Assembly (NCBI GenBank): GCA_964016885.1
Contig: OZ024759.1
Span: 19,716,001 to 19,780,000 of the forward strand
Reading direction: 5' to 3'
Source: Eledone cirrhosa
Taxonomy: Eukaryota
DNA: 64,000 nt
Position 1 is the first letter of the stretch, and each line of letters opens with the position of its first letter. Made by a program: the position numbers and the translations under genes. Under the pieces are notes generated by a model that ran no database searches, had not been told where the DNA came from, and saw only the letters and a program-made list of their open reading frames with translations. Shown one piece after another: positions 25,335-38,330 of this stretch.

Positions 25335-25673
25335 TCATATATATATCACCACCAGCCCCCTCTCTCTTCTATTATCCTTCTCCGTCTCTTCTCCCTCTCT
25401 GTATGTCTCTTTCAATCTACTCTCTCACAACCACTATCTCTTTCTCTCTATCTTCCTCACTCTCTGTTTATGAAGGTACCCGGCAAAACCCCATATCCCG
25501 GGAACCCGCGGTTTGATTTACGCGAAACTTGTTTTTTTTCATTTGTATTCCCATTTCAGGGTCAACTTCCTTTCAAAGTATTTTCCCATTATGCGCCCTT
25601 TTGGCTGTATTTTCCCATTATGCACCCTTTTGGCCAGCAAGCAAGCAATCACAGACTTTTAGTAATATAAAGA
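24553..25673 (-). mobile_element. possible non-autonomous Helitron-like element
   Basis: right end reads A^TCTTATATTACTAAAAG on the minus strand; left end has hairpin CGTGACCC-gtt-GGGTCACG near a degenerate CTAT; that both ends belong to one element is unproven. Confidence 0.35.
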
Positions 25674-26647
25674 TATAGTTAGAAATCCTTTAAAGTGTGT
25701 GGTTTTGTTTCCCTGAATGTGAACTGGCTTTGACTGTTGATAACAAGAGTTAAGTAAATAAAGAAAACCTAGTATTGATTGCTAGAAGATAAAAGACAAT
25801 AGAATTAAAAAGAAGCAAAACCATTATTCTCCAGAATTATCTTCTATCTATTTAAACAGTAATTATTGTAGTTAAATAGCTGAGAGCTTATTTAATATAG
25901 TTTAAATGAAATTTTGTTTTTTATTTTGTTCTTTGTTAACAAATGAATATGTCTATGTTTATATGAGTAATTCAATGATGGTTAGGTGGGGTAGGAGAGG
26001 GGGAGAGGGGGTTTATTGAAGTGGGGGGAGGGACAGGGAGGGGGGTTATTGAAGTGGGAGTGGGGAGAGGGGGTTTATTGAAGTGGGGGAAGGGACAGGG
26101 GGAGGGGGGTTATTGAAGTGGGAGTGGGGAGAGAGGGGGGTTATTGAAGTGGGGGAAGGGAGAGGGGGTTTATTGAAGTGGGAGAGGGTTGAAGTGGGAT
26201 GGGGTTATTGAATTGATATTTTAGCTGAAGAGTTTCAATAAGGCAGCAATGTCGGGACTGGTGTGGAGGATGTGTGGGAATGTGGATATGTGTGTAGTGG
26301 TGTGTGGTAGTGAGGTTATGTGGTGGTATGTGGTGTGGATATGTGGTGGTGGTGTGTGGTAGTGAGGATATGTGGTGGTGTGTGGTATGGATATGTGGTG
26401 GTGTGTGGTAGTGAGGATATGTTATATGGTGGTGTAGTGTGGTAGTGAGGGTATGTGGTGGTGTAGTGTGGTAGTGAGGGTATGTGGTGGTGTGTGGTAG
26501 TGAGGGTATGTGGTGGTGTAGTGTGGTAGTGAGGGTATGTGGTGGTGTGTGGTAGTGAGGGTATGTTATGAGGTGTGTGGTGAGGATATGTTATGTAGTG
26601 TGGTAGTGAGGACATTTGGGGTTGTTGTATAGAGGTATAGTGTTGTG

Positions 26648-27430
26648 GTGAAGGTGCGTGGCTTTGTGGTTAGGGTATTCAGCTCACAATCGTAAGGTCG
26701 TGAGTTCAATTCCCTGCAGCGCATTTTGTCCTTGAGCAAGACACTTCATTTCATGTTGCTCCAGTCCACTCAGCTGGCAAAAATTAGTTGTACCTGTAGT
26801 GCGAATGACCAGCCTTGTCACACACTGTGTCACACTGAATCTCCCTGAGAACTATGTAAAGGGTAGACGTGTCTGTGGAATGCTCAGCCACTTGCTCCAG
26901 TCCACTCAGCTGGCAAAAATGAGTTGTACCAGCAATTCGAAGGGCTAGACTTGTCACATTCTGTGTCACACTGAATCTCCCTGAGAACTATGTAAAGGGT
27001 ACATGTATCTGTGGAATGCTAAGCCACTTGCTCCAGTCCACTCAGCTGGCAAAAATTAGTTGTACCTGTAGTGTGAATGACCAGCCTTGTCACATTCTGT
27101 GTCACACTGAATCTCCCTGAGAACTATGTAAAGGGTACATGTGTCTGTGGAATGCTAAGCCACTTGCTCCAGTCCACTCAGCTGGCAAAAAAGAGTTGTA
27201 CCTGTAGTGTGAATGACCAGCCTTGTCACATTCTGTGTCACACTGAATCTCCCTGAGAACTATGTAAAGAACTTGCTCCAGTCCACTCAGCTGGCAAAAA
27301 TGAGTTGCACCTGTAATTCGAAGGGCTAGACCTGTCACATTCTGTGTCACACTGAATCTCCCTGAGAACTATGCACATTAATTTCATGAGCAGGCTGTTG
27401 GAACACCCTTCGTCTTAACTGACGGAGAGC
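26648..27430 (+). mobile_element. tRNA-headed CORE-like SINE with an internal 136-bp segment repeated about 4.5 times
   Basis: GTGGTTAGGG..GAGTTCAATTCC head; TTGCTCCAGTCCACTCAG at 26756, 26892, 27028, 27164, 27273. Confidence 0.85.
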
Positions 27431-27439
27431 CTCCATCCA

Positions 27440-28460
27440 TTGTGGTGTGGGAGTGATGATATGGGGTGGTGTGTAGTGTAGTGTAGTGGTGTGGACATGT
27501 GGTGGTGTGTAGTGTAGTGGTGGTGGTGGTGTGTAGTAGTGTGGCATGGACATGTTGTGGTAGTGGTGTGTAGTGTAGTGTTGTGGTGGTGTGTAGTGTA
27601 GTGTTGTGGTGGTGTGTAGTGTAGTGGTGTGGCGTGGTGTGGACATGTTGTGGTGGTGGTGTGTAGCGGTGGTGGTGGTATGTAGTGGTGTGGTGGTGGT
27701 GTGTAGTGTAGTGGTGTGGACATGTGGTGGTGGTGGTGTGTAGTGTAGTGTTGTGGTGGTGTGTAGTGTAGTGTTGTGGTGGTGTGTAGTGTAGTGGTGT
27801 GGCGTGGTGTGGACATGTTGTGGTGGTGGTGTGTAGCGGTGGTGGTGGTGTGTAGTGGTGTGGTGGTGGTGTGTAGTGTAGTGGTGTGGACATGTGGTGG
27901 TGGTGTGTAGTGTAGTGTTGTGGTGCGTAGTGTAGTGTTGTGGTGGTGTGTAGTGTAGTGGTGTGGTGGTGGTGTGTAGTGTAGTGGTGTGGACATGTGG
28001 TGGTGGTGGTGTGTAGTGTAGTGTTGTGTTGTGGTGGTGTGTAGTGTAGTGGTGTGGTGGTGGTGTGTAGTGGTGTGGTGGTGGTGTGGTGTGTAGTGTA
28101 GTGTTGTGGTGGTGTGTAGTGTAGTGGTGTGGTGGTGGTGTGGTGTGGTGGTGGTGTGTAGTGTAGTGTTGTGGTGGTGTGTAGTGTAGTGGTGTGGTGT
28201 GGTGGTGGTGTGTAGTGTAGTGTAGTGTTGTGGTGTGGTGGTGGTGTGGTGTGTAGCGTAGTGTTGTGGTGGTGTTTAGTGGTGTAGTGTTGCGCTGTCG
28301 GGGTGTGTAGTATAGTGTAGTGTTGACATGTGTAGTGTGGTAGTGAGGACATGTTGTGGTGGTGTGTGTAATGGTGTAGAGAGGGTGGTGGTATTGGAGA
28401 TAGTAGCAGTAGTGGTGATAGTGATGATTGTAACTGTAATAGTGGTGGTGGTGGTGGTGA
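27440..28460. repeat. (GTG/GTGTA)n low-complexity field with higher-order duplications
   Basis: visible directly. Confidence 0.9.
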
Positions 28461-28504
28461 AAGTGACTGTTGTGGTGTTTGTTAGAAGTAATATGAGCAT
28501 TTTT

Positions 28505-29545
28505 ATTGGCAGTATTGGCAGAGGGTCGGACATCATGCTTTGCAACGTGGAGTTACGTCCCCTTATGTCTGAGTTCAAATCCCGCTGAGGGTAACTTTGC
28601 CTTTCATCCTTACAGGGTCGATAAAATAAAGTACCAGTAACACACTGGGGTTGATTTAATCAACTTTCTCTCCCACTTCAAAAAATTGCTGGCCTTGTGC
28701 CTAAAGTAGAAACAGTTATTATTATCATTATTATTATGGTTTGCCTTTCAGCCTTACGGGGTCGATAAAATAAAGTACCAGTAATGTACTGGGGTAATTG
28801 CTGGCCTTGTGCCAAAAGTAGAAACAATTATTATTATGGTGGATTGGCAGTATCGGTAGAGGGTCGGACGCCATGCTTTCTAGCATAGTTACGTCCCTTT
28901 ACGATATGAGTTCAAATCCCGCCGAGGTTGACTTTGCCTTTCATCCTTAAGGGGTCGATAAAATAAAGTACCAGTAATGCACTGGGTAATTGCTGGCCTT
29001 GTGCCTAAAGTAGAAACAATTATTATTATTTTAATATGGCGGTGGATTGGCAGTATCGGTAGAGGGTCGGACGCCATGCTTTGCCCTTTATGGGCTGAGT
29101 TCAAATCCCGCCGAGGTTAACTTTTCCTTTCATCCTTAAGGGGTCGATGAAATAAAGTACCAGTAATACACTGGGATAATTGCTGGCCTTGTGCCAAAAG
29201 TAGAAACAATTAATTTAATAAGGGTGGTAGTTTGGCAGTATCGACAGAGGGACAGAAGACATGCTTTGCAGCATAGAGTTACGGCTCTTTACGATCTGAG
29301 TTCAAATCCCGTCGAGGTTAACTTTGCCTTTCATCCTTACAGGGTCGATAAAATAAAGTACCAGTAATGTACTAGGGTTGATTTAATCGACTTTTCCCCA
29401 TCCACCCCTTTAAATTTCTGGCCTTGTGCCAAATGTAGAAACCATTATTTTAACTTTGCCTTTCATCCTTACGGGGTCGATAAAATAAAGTACCAGTAAT
29501 ACACTGGGGTAATTGCTGGCCTTGTAACAAAAGTATAAACAATTA
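28505..29545 (+). mobile_element. six co-oriented SINE family B copies or fragments in tandem
   Basis: core GGGTCGATAAAATAAAGTACCAG occurs six times, separated by ATT-rich tails. Confidence 0.9.
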
Positions 29546-29569
29546 TTTAATTATTATTAATAGTATTAC

Positions 29570-31340
29570 TACAAGTGTGGTGTGGTTGGAAGTAGTGTAG
29601 TGGTGCCAGTAGCTGTTGGAGATTTGTTCTTGGTTGTTATGGTAATGGTGGTGGTGGTAGTAGTAGTGGTAGCAGTAGTGGTAGCAGAAACAACTGTAGT
29701 AGTAGTGGTAGTAGTAGTACGTGCTGTTGGAAGCAATATCAATAGAGTTGGTGGTAGTGGTGGTGGTGGTGGTGGTGGTGCTTGTAGTAGTGATGGTGGT
29801 GGTGCTGGTAGTAGTGATGGTGGTGGCGGTCATTGTAGTGGTGGTGCTTGTAGTAGTAGTAGTGGTGGTGGTGGTGGTGGTGATGCTGTGGTAGTAGTGG
29901 TGGTTGTGGTGGTGGTGGTACTTGTAGTGATGGTGGTGGTGGTGGTGGCGGTAGTGGTGGTGGTGGTGCTGGTAGTAGTAGTGATGGTGGTGGTGGTGGT
30001 GGTGGTGCTGGTAGTAGTGATGGTTGTGGTGGTGGTGGTGGTAGTGGTGGTGGTGGCGGTAGTGGTGGTGGTGATGCTGGTAGTAGTGATGGTGTTGGTG
30101 GTAGTGGTGGTGGTGGTGCTGGTAGTAGTAGTGATGGTGGTGGTGGTGATGCTGGTAGTAGTGATGGTGGTGGTGGTAGTGGTGGTGGTGGTGGTGGTAG
30201 TAGTAGTGGTGGTGGTGCTGGTAGTAGTGATGGTGGTGGTGGTAGTAGTAGTGGTGGTGGTGGTAGAGGTAGTAGTAGTGATGGTGGTGCTTGTAGTAGT
30301 GATGGTGGTGGTGGTAGTAGTAGTGGTGGTGGTGGTAGAGGTAGTAGTAGTGATGGTGGTGCTTGTAGTAGTGATGGTGGTGGTGCTGGTAGTAGTAGTG
30401 GTGGTGGTGGTGCTGGTAGTAGTAGTGGTGGTGTTGTGGTGATGGTGCTAGCAGTTGTAGTGATGGTTGTGGTGCTGGTGGTAGTTGTGGTGGTAGTGGT
30501 GGTTGTAGTTGTGGTGGCGGTGGTGTTAGCAGTAGTAGTGATGGTGTTATTAGTAGAAGTAGTGATGGTTGTGGTGGTAGTGGTGGTGTTAGTGCTAGTA
30601 GTAGTTGTGGTGGTGGTAGTAGTGGTGGTGGTGATAGTGCTAGTAGTAGTTGTGGTGGTGGTAGTAATGGTGGTGGTGTTAGTGCTAGTAGTAGTAGTGG
30701 TGGTGGTGTTACTGCTAGTAGTAGTTGTGGTGGTGGTAGTAGTGGTGGTGGTGATAGTGCTAGTAGTGGTTGTGGTGGTGGTAGTAGTGGTGGTGGTGTT
30801 AGTGCTAGTAGTAGTTGTGGTGATGGTAGTAGTGGTGGTGGTGTTAGTGCTAGTAGTAGTTGTGGTGGTGGTGGTAGTAGTGGTGGTGGTGTTAGTGCTA
30901 GTAGTAGTTGTGGTGGTGGTAGTAGTGGTGGTGGTGTTAGTGCTAGTAGTAGTTGTGGTGGTGGTAGTAGTGGTGGTGGTGTTACTGCTAGTAGTAGTTG
31001 TGCTGGTGGTAGTAGTGGTGGTGGTGTTAGTGCTAGTAGTAGTTGTGCTGGTGGTAGTAGTGGTGGTGGTGTTAGTGCTAGTAGTAGTTGTGGTGGTGGT
31101 AGTAGTGGTGGTGGTGATAGTGCTAGTAGTAGTTGTGGTGGTGGTAGTAGTGGTGGTAGTGATAGTGCTAGTAGTAGTTGTGGTGGTGTTAGTGGTGGTG
31201 GTGATAGTGCTAGTAGTAGTTGTGGTGGTGGTAGTAGTAGTGGTGGTGATGATAGTAACAGTGATGGTGGTAGCGCCAGCAGTAGCAGTGGTGGTGTTAG
31301 TAGTAGTAGTAGTAGTGTTGGTGGTGGTGCTGGTAGTAGT
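29570..31340. repeat. (GGT/AGT)n field, including a ~45-bp higher-order unit from about 30580 to 31240
   Basis: GGTGTTAGTGCTAGTAGTAGTTGTGG recurs. Confidence 0.9.
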
Positions 31341-31579
31341 ATACATCCCTGTTTAATCCCTTCAGAAAAACTGAAGGTTTTTCTCCCCTGCCTTATCCCC
31401 CCCCCCCCTCCTTCTCTTCCCCCTCCTCCTCTCTGCAGCTTCACTTTCATGGTATCCATGGTTACGCAAGTGATGCACCATTTTTCTCTCCTGCTCTGGT
31501 AGCCATGGTTACCAGAGTGATGCACCATAGCTGACGAGTAACCGTGGTTACCGGAAGAGAGAGAAATTGAGAGAGAGAG

Positions 31580-31624
<45 letters not shown>

Positions 31625-31719
31625 AAGAGAAAGAAAGAGAGAGAGAGTGTGGTAGGTAGGTCTTCTGACATTTAAGCACCTGGAGAAGCCTGTTGGAGAA
31701 TTCTGGAAAATGTTAAAAC

Positions 31720-31729
31720 TACAACAACA

Positions 31730-31779
<50 letters not shown>

Positions 31780-32370
31780 AGTAGTAGCAACTGCAACAAT
31801 TACAACAACAGCAACAATGAAAATAACAGTAGCAACTGCAACAACAACAACAACAAACACCACTTCTACAACAATTACAACAACAACAATAAAAACAACA
31901 GTAGCAATTGCAACAACACCAACAATTACAACAACCACCACCTCTACAACAATTACAACAACAACAATGAAAATAACAGTAGCAATTGCAACAACAACAA
32001 CACCAACAAACACCACTTCTACAACAATTACAACAACAACAATAAAAACAACAGTAGCAATTGCAACAACACCAACAATTACAACAACCACCACCTCTAC
32101 AACAATTACAACAACAACAATGAAAATAACAGTAGCAATTGCAACAACAACAACACCAACAAACACCACTTCTACAACAATTACAACAACAACAATGAAA
32201 ATAACAGTAGCAATTGCAACAACAACAACAACAACCACTACAACAATTACAGCAACAACAATTGCAACAGCAGCAGCAACAGTCACAACAATTACAGCAA
32301 CAACAGCAACTACTACAACAACAACAACAACAGCAATTACAACAACAGTAACAGCTACAACAACCACCAA
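31720..32370. repeat. (ACT)n/(ACA)n field with internal block duplications
   Basis: ATGAAAATAACAGTAGCAA recurs four times. Confidence 0.9.
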
Positions 32371-32858
32371 ACAATTTAACCCTTTTCTTACTATATTTCT
32401 TATATAAGACAATGTCTATGATTTTAAAATAATTTTGAAAATAATCAAGAATTTGAAGTGTTTTAGTAATACTAGCATAAAAACCACCTTTCGGGTGGTT
32501 TTCTGCTAGCATGTGTAGTGTGTATATTGATATTATACGCAGGTATATATACATGTTGATATGATACATCAACTAAAATCGTAAATGACAATATATAATA
32601 CACAGAAATTGAACGAAGACCGTGTTACACTGTCTTATGTAATCAGTAACGTAATCCATGATACATTAAAAAAGACGATATTATATATAAACTGCATTAG
32701 GAGAAAATTAGTATGTTTATTTAAGCGATCGCCACCGGAAGTGTTGACATTTCAGAAATTTTAAAGAAGTGAATCTTTAAATAAACAAAATATATTTAAT
32801 GAACAGCCACGAAATTTAGTAGATAAATTATGTAATATTCATTCATTATTTATTCAAA

Positions 32859-32960
32859 TCCCGCCGAGGTTAACTTTGCCTTTCATCCTTACGGGGTCGA
32901 TAAAATAAAGTACCAGTAATCTACTGGGTAATTGCTGGCCTTGTGCCAATAGTAGAAACA
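32859..32960 (+). mobile_element. 5'-truncated SINE family B
   Basis: ATTATTTATTCAAA duplicated at 32845-32858 and 32961-32974. Confidence 0.85.
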
Positions 32961-33057
32961 ATTATTTATTCAAAGTAATCCAACTTATTTTACAAACGGA
33001 AAAAAAAAAAATATACCGTACGCAATCCCGCAGACCTTCCTTTATTATAGTTTAGAC

Positions 33058-33392
33058 AAGGGGTTCTCAACCTATTTTTCGCTGTGGACCACCAAAATAA
33101 GTAATTTTTTTCCTGTGGACCACCTAAACTTTTAAATCTTGTAATAGAACTGCTACTTATAAGCATCAGTAGATGTTTTTTCAATGAATTAGAAAATGCT
33201 ATTATCATGTCGCAGTGACTAAAAATCTACGCAAATAAACAGCTGAAGTCGTACTTATGCGAAGAATAAGAACAGCGCTTTAAATCAAATGCATGGATCA
33301 AAAAAGAATTTGCTATTGAACATTTTCTGTGGACCACCTGAATTTTCCTGTGGACCACTCGGGGTCCACATGGACCAGGTTGAGAACCCCTG
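33058..33392. mobile_element. hAT (Charlie-like) MITE
   Basis: TIRs AGGGGTTCTCAACC / GGTTGAGAACCCCTG; 8-bp TSD GTTTAGAC / GTTTAGAT; internal GTGGACCAC repeats. Confidence 0.85.
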
Positions 33393-33547
33393 GTTTAGAT
33401 AACTAACTTTCTTATCTAAATTATGATGGAAGGTTTTTAGATAATTACAAAAGGGGCATATGTAGGCTGCATAAGCTGTAATGAAGGCCACCTGTCTTGG
33501 AGAACAAGAACTCTGAATAAATATTGAAATAGGGTAAAGAGGACTGT

Positions 33548-33752
33548 TAATCCTTACATTAGTCTACATTCATTATTGTATTTTTACTGTATAAGCTTTA
33601 CCTTGCACAATTATCTCACATAATATTGAATCTATGAGATTTTGATATTATCTATTTTGAGAGCAATACCTTGGTCAGTTGCAGCTGATTTGAATAGAAA
33701 GAGGTGAGAGAATTCTGGCCGGATATGACTGGTTTAAATGCTAAAGTGTTAA
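33548..33752 (+). mobile_element. TTAA MITE copy, diverged
   Basis: ends GGTTTAAATGCTAAAGTGTTAA; body matches the 7850 copy. Confidence 0.7.
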
Positions 33753-33967
33753 GGTTTGGCAGACAACCTCTTCAGTGCTTGTGGCACAACAAAATGTACC
33801 CCTATCCTTATGGTAAAGGGTTTACTGAGAGGAAGGACATCCAACCAGAAAATCCCTGCCAAAATTTAAGTAAAATGCAATGTAAAATATCCACACTGAG
33901 TTGAACCCATGGAAGCATAGAAAAGCAGGTGTAAAAGTGTGATGATAAATATTAAAATAAGCAGATA

Positions 33968-34910
33968 TCATCATCATGATCATCATCCAGTGGCCTCAGC
34001 TGAAATGGACTCAACAATTGATCCCCACGTGGGTCTGTCGTTCATTGCCATTGCCAAGTCCTGGATTTCAACACCAGAATCTCTGGAGATGACATCGGGA
34101 TAGGAGAGCTTGCGCCCCCTGCTATTAGTGACTGCTTGTGGTTTCCAAAGCACTAATGGGGACACAGCCTCAGAGGTGGCACGATGGCAGTGGCCAGAAA
34201 ATCGGGATAGGAGAGCTTGTGCCCCCTGCTATTAGTGACTGCTTGTGGTTTACCAAAACACTAATGGGGACACAGCCTCAGAGGTGGCATGATGGCAGTG
34301 GCCAGAAATCGGGATAGGAGAGCTTGTGCCCCCTGCTATTAGTGACTGCTTGTGGTTTACCAAAACACTAATGGGGACACAGCCTCAGAGGTGGCATGAT
34401 GGCAGTGGCCAGAAATCGGGATAGGAGAGCTTGTGCCCCCTGCTATTAGTGACTGCTTGTGGTTTACCAAATCACTAATGGGGACACAGCCTCAGAGGTG
34501 GCACGATGGTAGTGGCCAGAAAATCGGGATAGGAGAGCTTGTGCCCCCTGCTATTAGTGACTGCTTGTGGTTTACCAAATCACTAATGGGGACACAGCCT
34601 CAGAGGTGGCACGATGGTAGTGGCCAGAAATCGGGATAGGAGAGCTTGTGCCCCCTGCTATTAGTGACTGCTTGTGGTTTACCAAATCACTAATGGGGAC
34701 ACAGCCTCAGAGGTGGCACGATGGCAGTGGCCAGAAAATCGGGATAGGAGAGCTTGTGCCCCCTGCTATTAGTGACTGCTTGTGGTTGCCAAAGCTCTAA
34801 TGGGGACACAGCCTCAGAGGTGGCACGATGGCAGTGGCCAGAAAATCTTACTCTCCTTTTACATACGACAGATATGCGTGGGAGGCCGGCATATATCTCT
34901 CTCAAAGTCA
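33968..34910 (-). mobile_element. RTE-group LINE 3' end with an internal 107/108-bp segment repeated 7 times (34094-34847)
   Basis: EIYAGLPRIS..RRVRFSGHCHR..LVLWKP..RGRKLSYPDVISRDSG..AMNDRPTW; CGGGATAGGAG at 34096, 34203, 34310, 34417, 34525, 34632, 34740; (GAT)n tail. Confidence 0.9.
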
Positions 34911-35514
34911 GGTGTCGCCGGCTTATGTTCTGAATTCATTGAAGCAGGCGAGTGTAGGTGTCATCAAGATATATTGCAGAAACAGGAGTGGTTTCAGGGG
35001 CTTTTGTTATTGAAAGAGTGAAGGTTACCCTACTACCCCCCCCACCACCAACACACACACACACACACACTCACACAAACACACACACAGAAGGGAACTC
35101 AATAGTTTAGTCACATGGCCAATGTGATTTATAAATTTGATTGTAAATGTATAAGTTGTAAACTTCATAACACCAACAGTTATATGCAGAGTTGCACTAA
35201 TTCACATAACACTATACATCCAGTGTAGTGGTATGGGGCTTTATGGTGGTATAGTGATATGGAAATGGCTAACTATATTATTTAGTTCAGTGTACAGCAT
35301 CATTGTACAACACACACATATATACATATATGTATAAATATATATACACCCTTAATATATACTAGTAAGTTCTTCGTTAATTTCAGTGGGACCAAAGTTA
35401 ACAAAGAACTTACTAGTTCTACAAAACCAAATTGTAAAATTATAATATAAAATTAAAATAAATTATTTAGAATTACAGGTGAAGTCATTCTTTTCCTTTT
35501 TTAAAAATATATAT

Positions 35515-36140
35515 ATGATGGCTGCAAACTCGTGTTCGAACATTGCCATCGCCCGATAAAATGCTCAAAAACGTGAGGCATGAATGCGGCTCTTTAAACC
35601 AGCCAAAGATTTGCATCCTCTGGCACATATATGGCAACTGTAGGCTCTTCTGCGTCTATCCATTGTTTTTTTCTGGCTGTGTGTTCTCATGTGTCTTTTA
35701 AGACCTCCCATGCTTGCACATTCCTTGCCACATTCCTTAGACCTTTCCAGATCATAATCTACATGATGTCTACTGATATGACTTTGTTTATGTCTTATCA
35801 AACCAGTTTTGCTCAGGCAGACTCAACCACAGTGCTGGCAAACCAGATGATGTTCAACAGCAGCCAGTTCAGAGCAGTCCCTTTTCCTCACCTTCCTATT
35901 CAGTGTTCGGTGGTCTCTTCGACAAGTTTCTAAGTCTTCACTACCTGACTTGATCAAACATCTCCACTTCACTCACTCCTCAGCCATTTTCTCCCATTCC
36001 TCAGATGAAATTCCAGCACAGGCCAAGGTGCCCCTGATACAGTCCTGGTACTGCATTTTTGCTTTGTGTGGTGGTCGCCCTCCTTCACACAGCTCTCCAT
36101 AGAGAAATTGTTTGGAGTGTGATGGAAAATGTTCATCAGT
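35515..36140 (-). mobile_element. RTE-clade LINE 3' fragment with C-terminal C2H2-type zinc fingers, disrupted
   Basis: KQFLYGELCEGGRPPHKAKMQYQDCI..WEKMA and ECGKECASMGGLKRHMRTH..CHICARGCKSLAGLKS in different frames. Confidence 0.8.
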
Positions 36141-36157
36141 GATATACACACACACAC

Positions 36158-36214
<57 letters not shown>

Positions 36215-36215
<1 letters not shown>

Positions 36216-36488
36216 GAGGCACATGGCTTAGTGGTTAGAGCATTGGGCTTGCAATCGAAAGGTTTACTCAGCTGTACTCAGCTGTAGAAATGAGATGATA
36301 GAAATGGGGTCCCTATCATTCCACTGCAAAGTGGTCATGGAGGTGCCACGGCAAAAAAGCACCCAGCACTCACTGTAAATGAGGTTGGTGTTAGGAAGGG
36401 CATCCAGCTGTAGAAAATCAAGCCAGAATCAGTTCCCGTCCCACCTTTGCCAGCAGGGAAAAGCAGACGTAAAATGATGATGATGATT
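36215..36488 (+). mobile_element. SINE family A with an internal deletion
   Basis: matches 50718-51058 but lacks the B box and CORE segment. Confidence 0.8.
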
Positions 36489-36724
36489 ATACAACACTTA
36501 CATCAGTCATACAAGTGCACTACTATCTTGTAGACACACCATGTATTTACAACAAAACACAAGCCCTCCAGTACTATATATATCATAGACACATCATCTT
36601 ATTACAAGACAAACGCCCTACAATACTATCTCCTGTAGACACACCATCTTACTACCAGACTCAAGCCCTATTCACTACATCTTGGGGCACACAACAAAGC
36701 TCGGTAGGCAAAAGATATTTTATA

Positions 36725-37110
36725 TCGGCTGGAGAGAAATGAAGCAAGTATGCTCCGTTGGATGTGCAATGCCAATGTGCGTGAACGACCGAGCATAGAT
36801 GACTTGAGAGAGAAACTGGGTATAAGAAGGATAAGTTGTAGTGTGTGGGAGAGAAGACTGCGATGGTTTGGACATGTGATGCGCATGGAGAATGACCGCT
36901 GGGTAAAGAAGTGCCAAGAAATTCCAGTAGAAGGAAGACGCAGTAGAGGGAGACTACGAAAAACATGGGCGGAGGTGGTGAGAGCAGACCTCAGATCGCT
37001 GAAACTCACCGAGGAGATGATGAAGGACCATGACAAGTGGAGAGATGCTGTGCTGAATAGGATCTGTCCAACCCTTGCAAGCAGGGAAAAGCGGACGTAA
37101 AATGATGATG
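36725..37110 (+). mobile_element. RTE-clade LINE 3' fragment
   Basis: ORF 36750-37100 MLRWMC..RRLRWFGHVMRM..EGRRSRGRLRKTWAEVVRADL..DHDKWR; (ATG)n tail. Confidence 0.9.
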
Positions 37111-37627
37111 TATGTAAAATGTAAACAAAAATAACACAATCGGTACAGTATATGGAAGAGATATATTAGGTTAACGCTTGATATAGCAGGAAGAGGGTCT
37201 TAACGTTTTGGACACTATTCCTTCATCAGAACAAAGAATAAGAAATAAGATAGATTGAGGGGATGGGTGGGTTGAAATTGGAAAAAATGTCTTTAGATAA
37301 AAATAACAGGTCCATTTATATACACAATATAAATATATATACACACACTTGCGCATGCACATACACACACAGAATCACAGATAGACAAATATTGTAAATG
37401 TACTTATATATATGCCATGGACATTAGTCTGAAATGCTGAAAAATTTTTGTTTTTCCTTGAAGCGTTAAACTAATATTAGTATCTTTTTTCCCGACTTTC
37501 TTCTACTTGTGTTGTTTTTGTTTTTAATCACTGTATATACAAACATATGCATGCACACATACATATGTGTCTGAGTGTTTGTATGTGTGTTTGTGTGTAT
37601 ACACACATACACACACACTCACATATG

Positions 37628-37698
<71 letters not shown>

Positions 37699-37719
37699 TA
37701 TGCATAAATATATATATAC

Positions 37720-37790
<71 letters not shown>

Positions 37791-37813
37791 TATATACACA
37801 TATATATATATAT

Positions 37814-37862
<49 letters not shown>

Positions 37863-37864
37863 CA

Positions 37865-37905
<41 letters not shown>

Positions 37906-38123
37906 ATATGCTTAGTTTACAAAAGATTAGGGCAAGTTTAAAAATTTGAAATTTATTTGTTTTTGTCTGTTTCTCGCAGGCATCTCTGACCAATTTTTTC
38001 TATCTCCAAAAGTAATTCAACCGATTTATTCAACTATATTATTGATAATATATAATCATTATCATACAAATATATATATATATTTATTTATACACACACA
38101 TATATATATATATATATTTATTT

Positions 38124-38200
<77 letters not shown>

Positions 38201-38330
38201 CACATATATATATATTGTTATGCTTTGGGAGGGTCATGTTGCTAAACAAATTCAGAAACGAAATATATATATATTTCGTTTCTGAATTTGTTTAGCAAGA
38301 TTCTTTATCTGAAATCGTGTGTTGAAACCG

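Noticed and set aside
31530-31558. CTGACGA followed by hairpin GTAAC/GTTAC as a hammerhead
   Set aside because: Followed by CGGAAG rather than GAAA; no helix I or III
29543-32572. 1009-aa ORF rich in Cys, Pro/Leu, His and Thr runs
   Set aside because: Read-through of trinucleotide repeat fields; overlapping frames on both strands are also open; no domain signal
37410-37480. ATTAGT-CTGAAA..ACTAAT as another hammerhead
   Set aside because: Core and GAAA too degenerate to support
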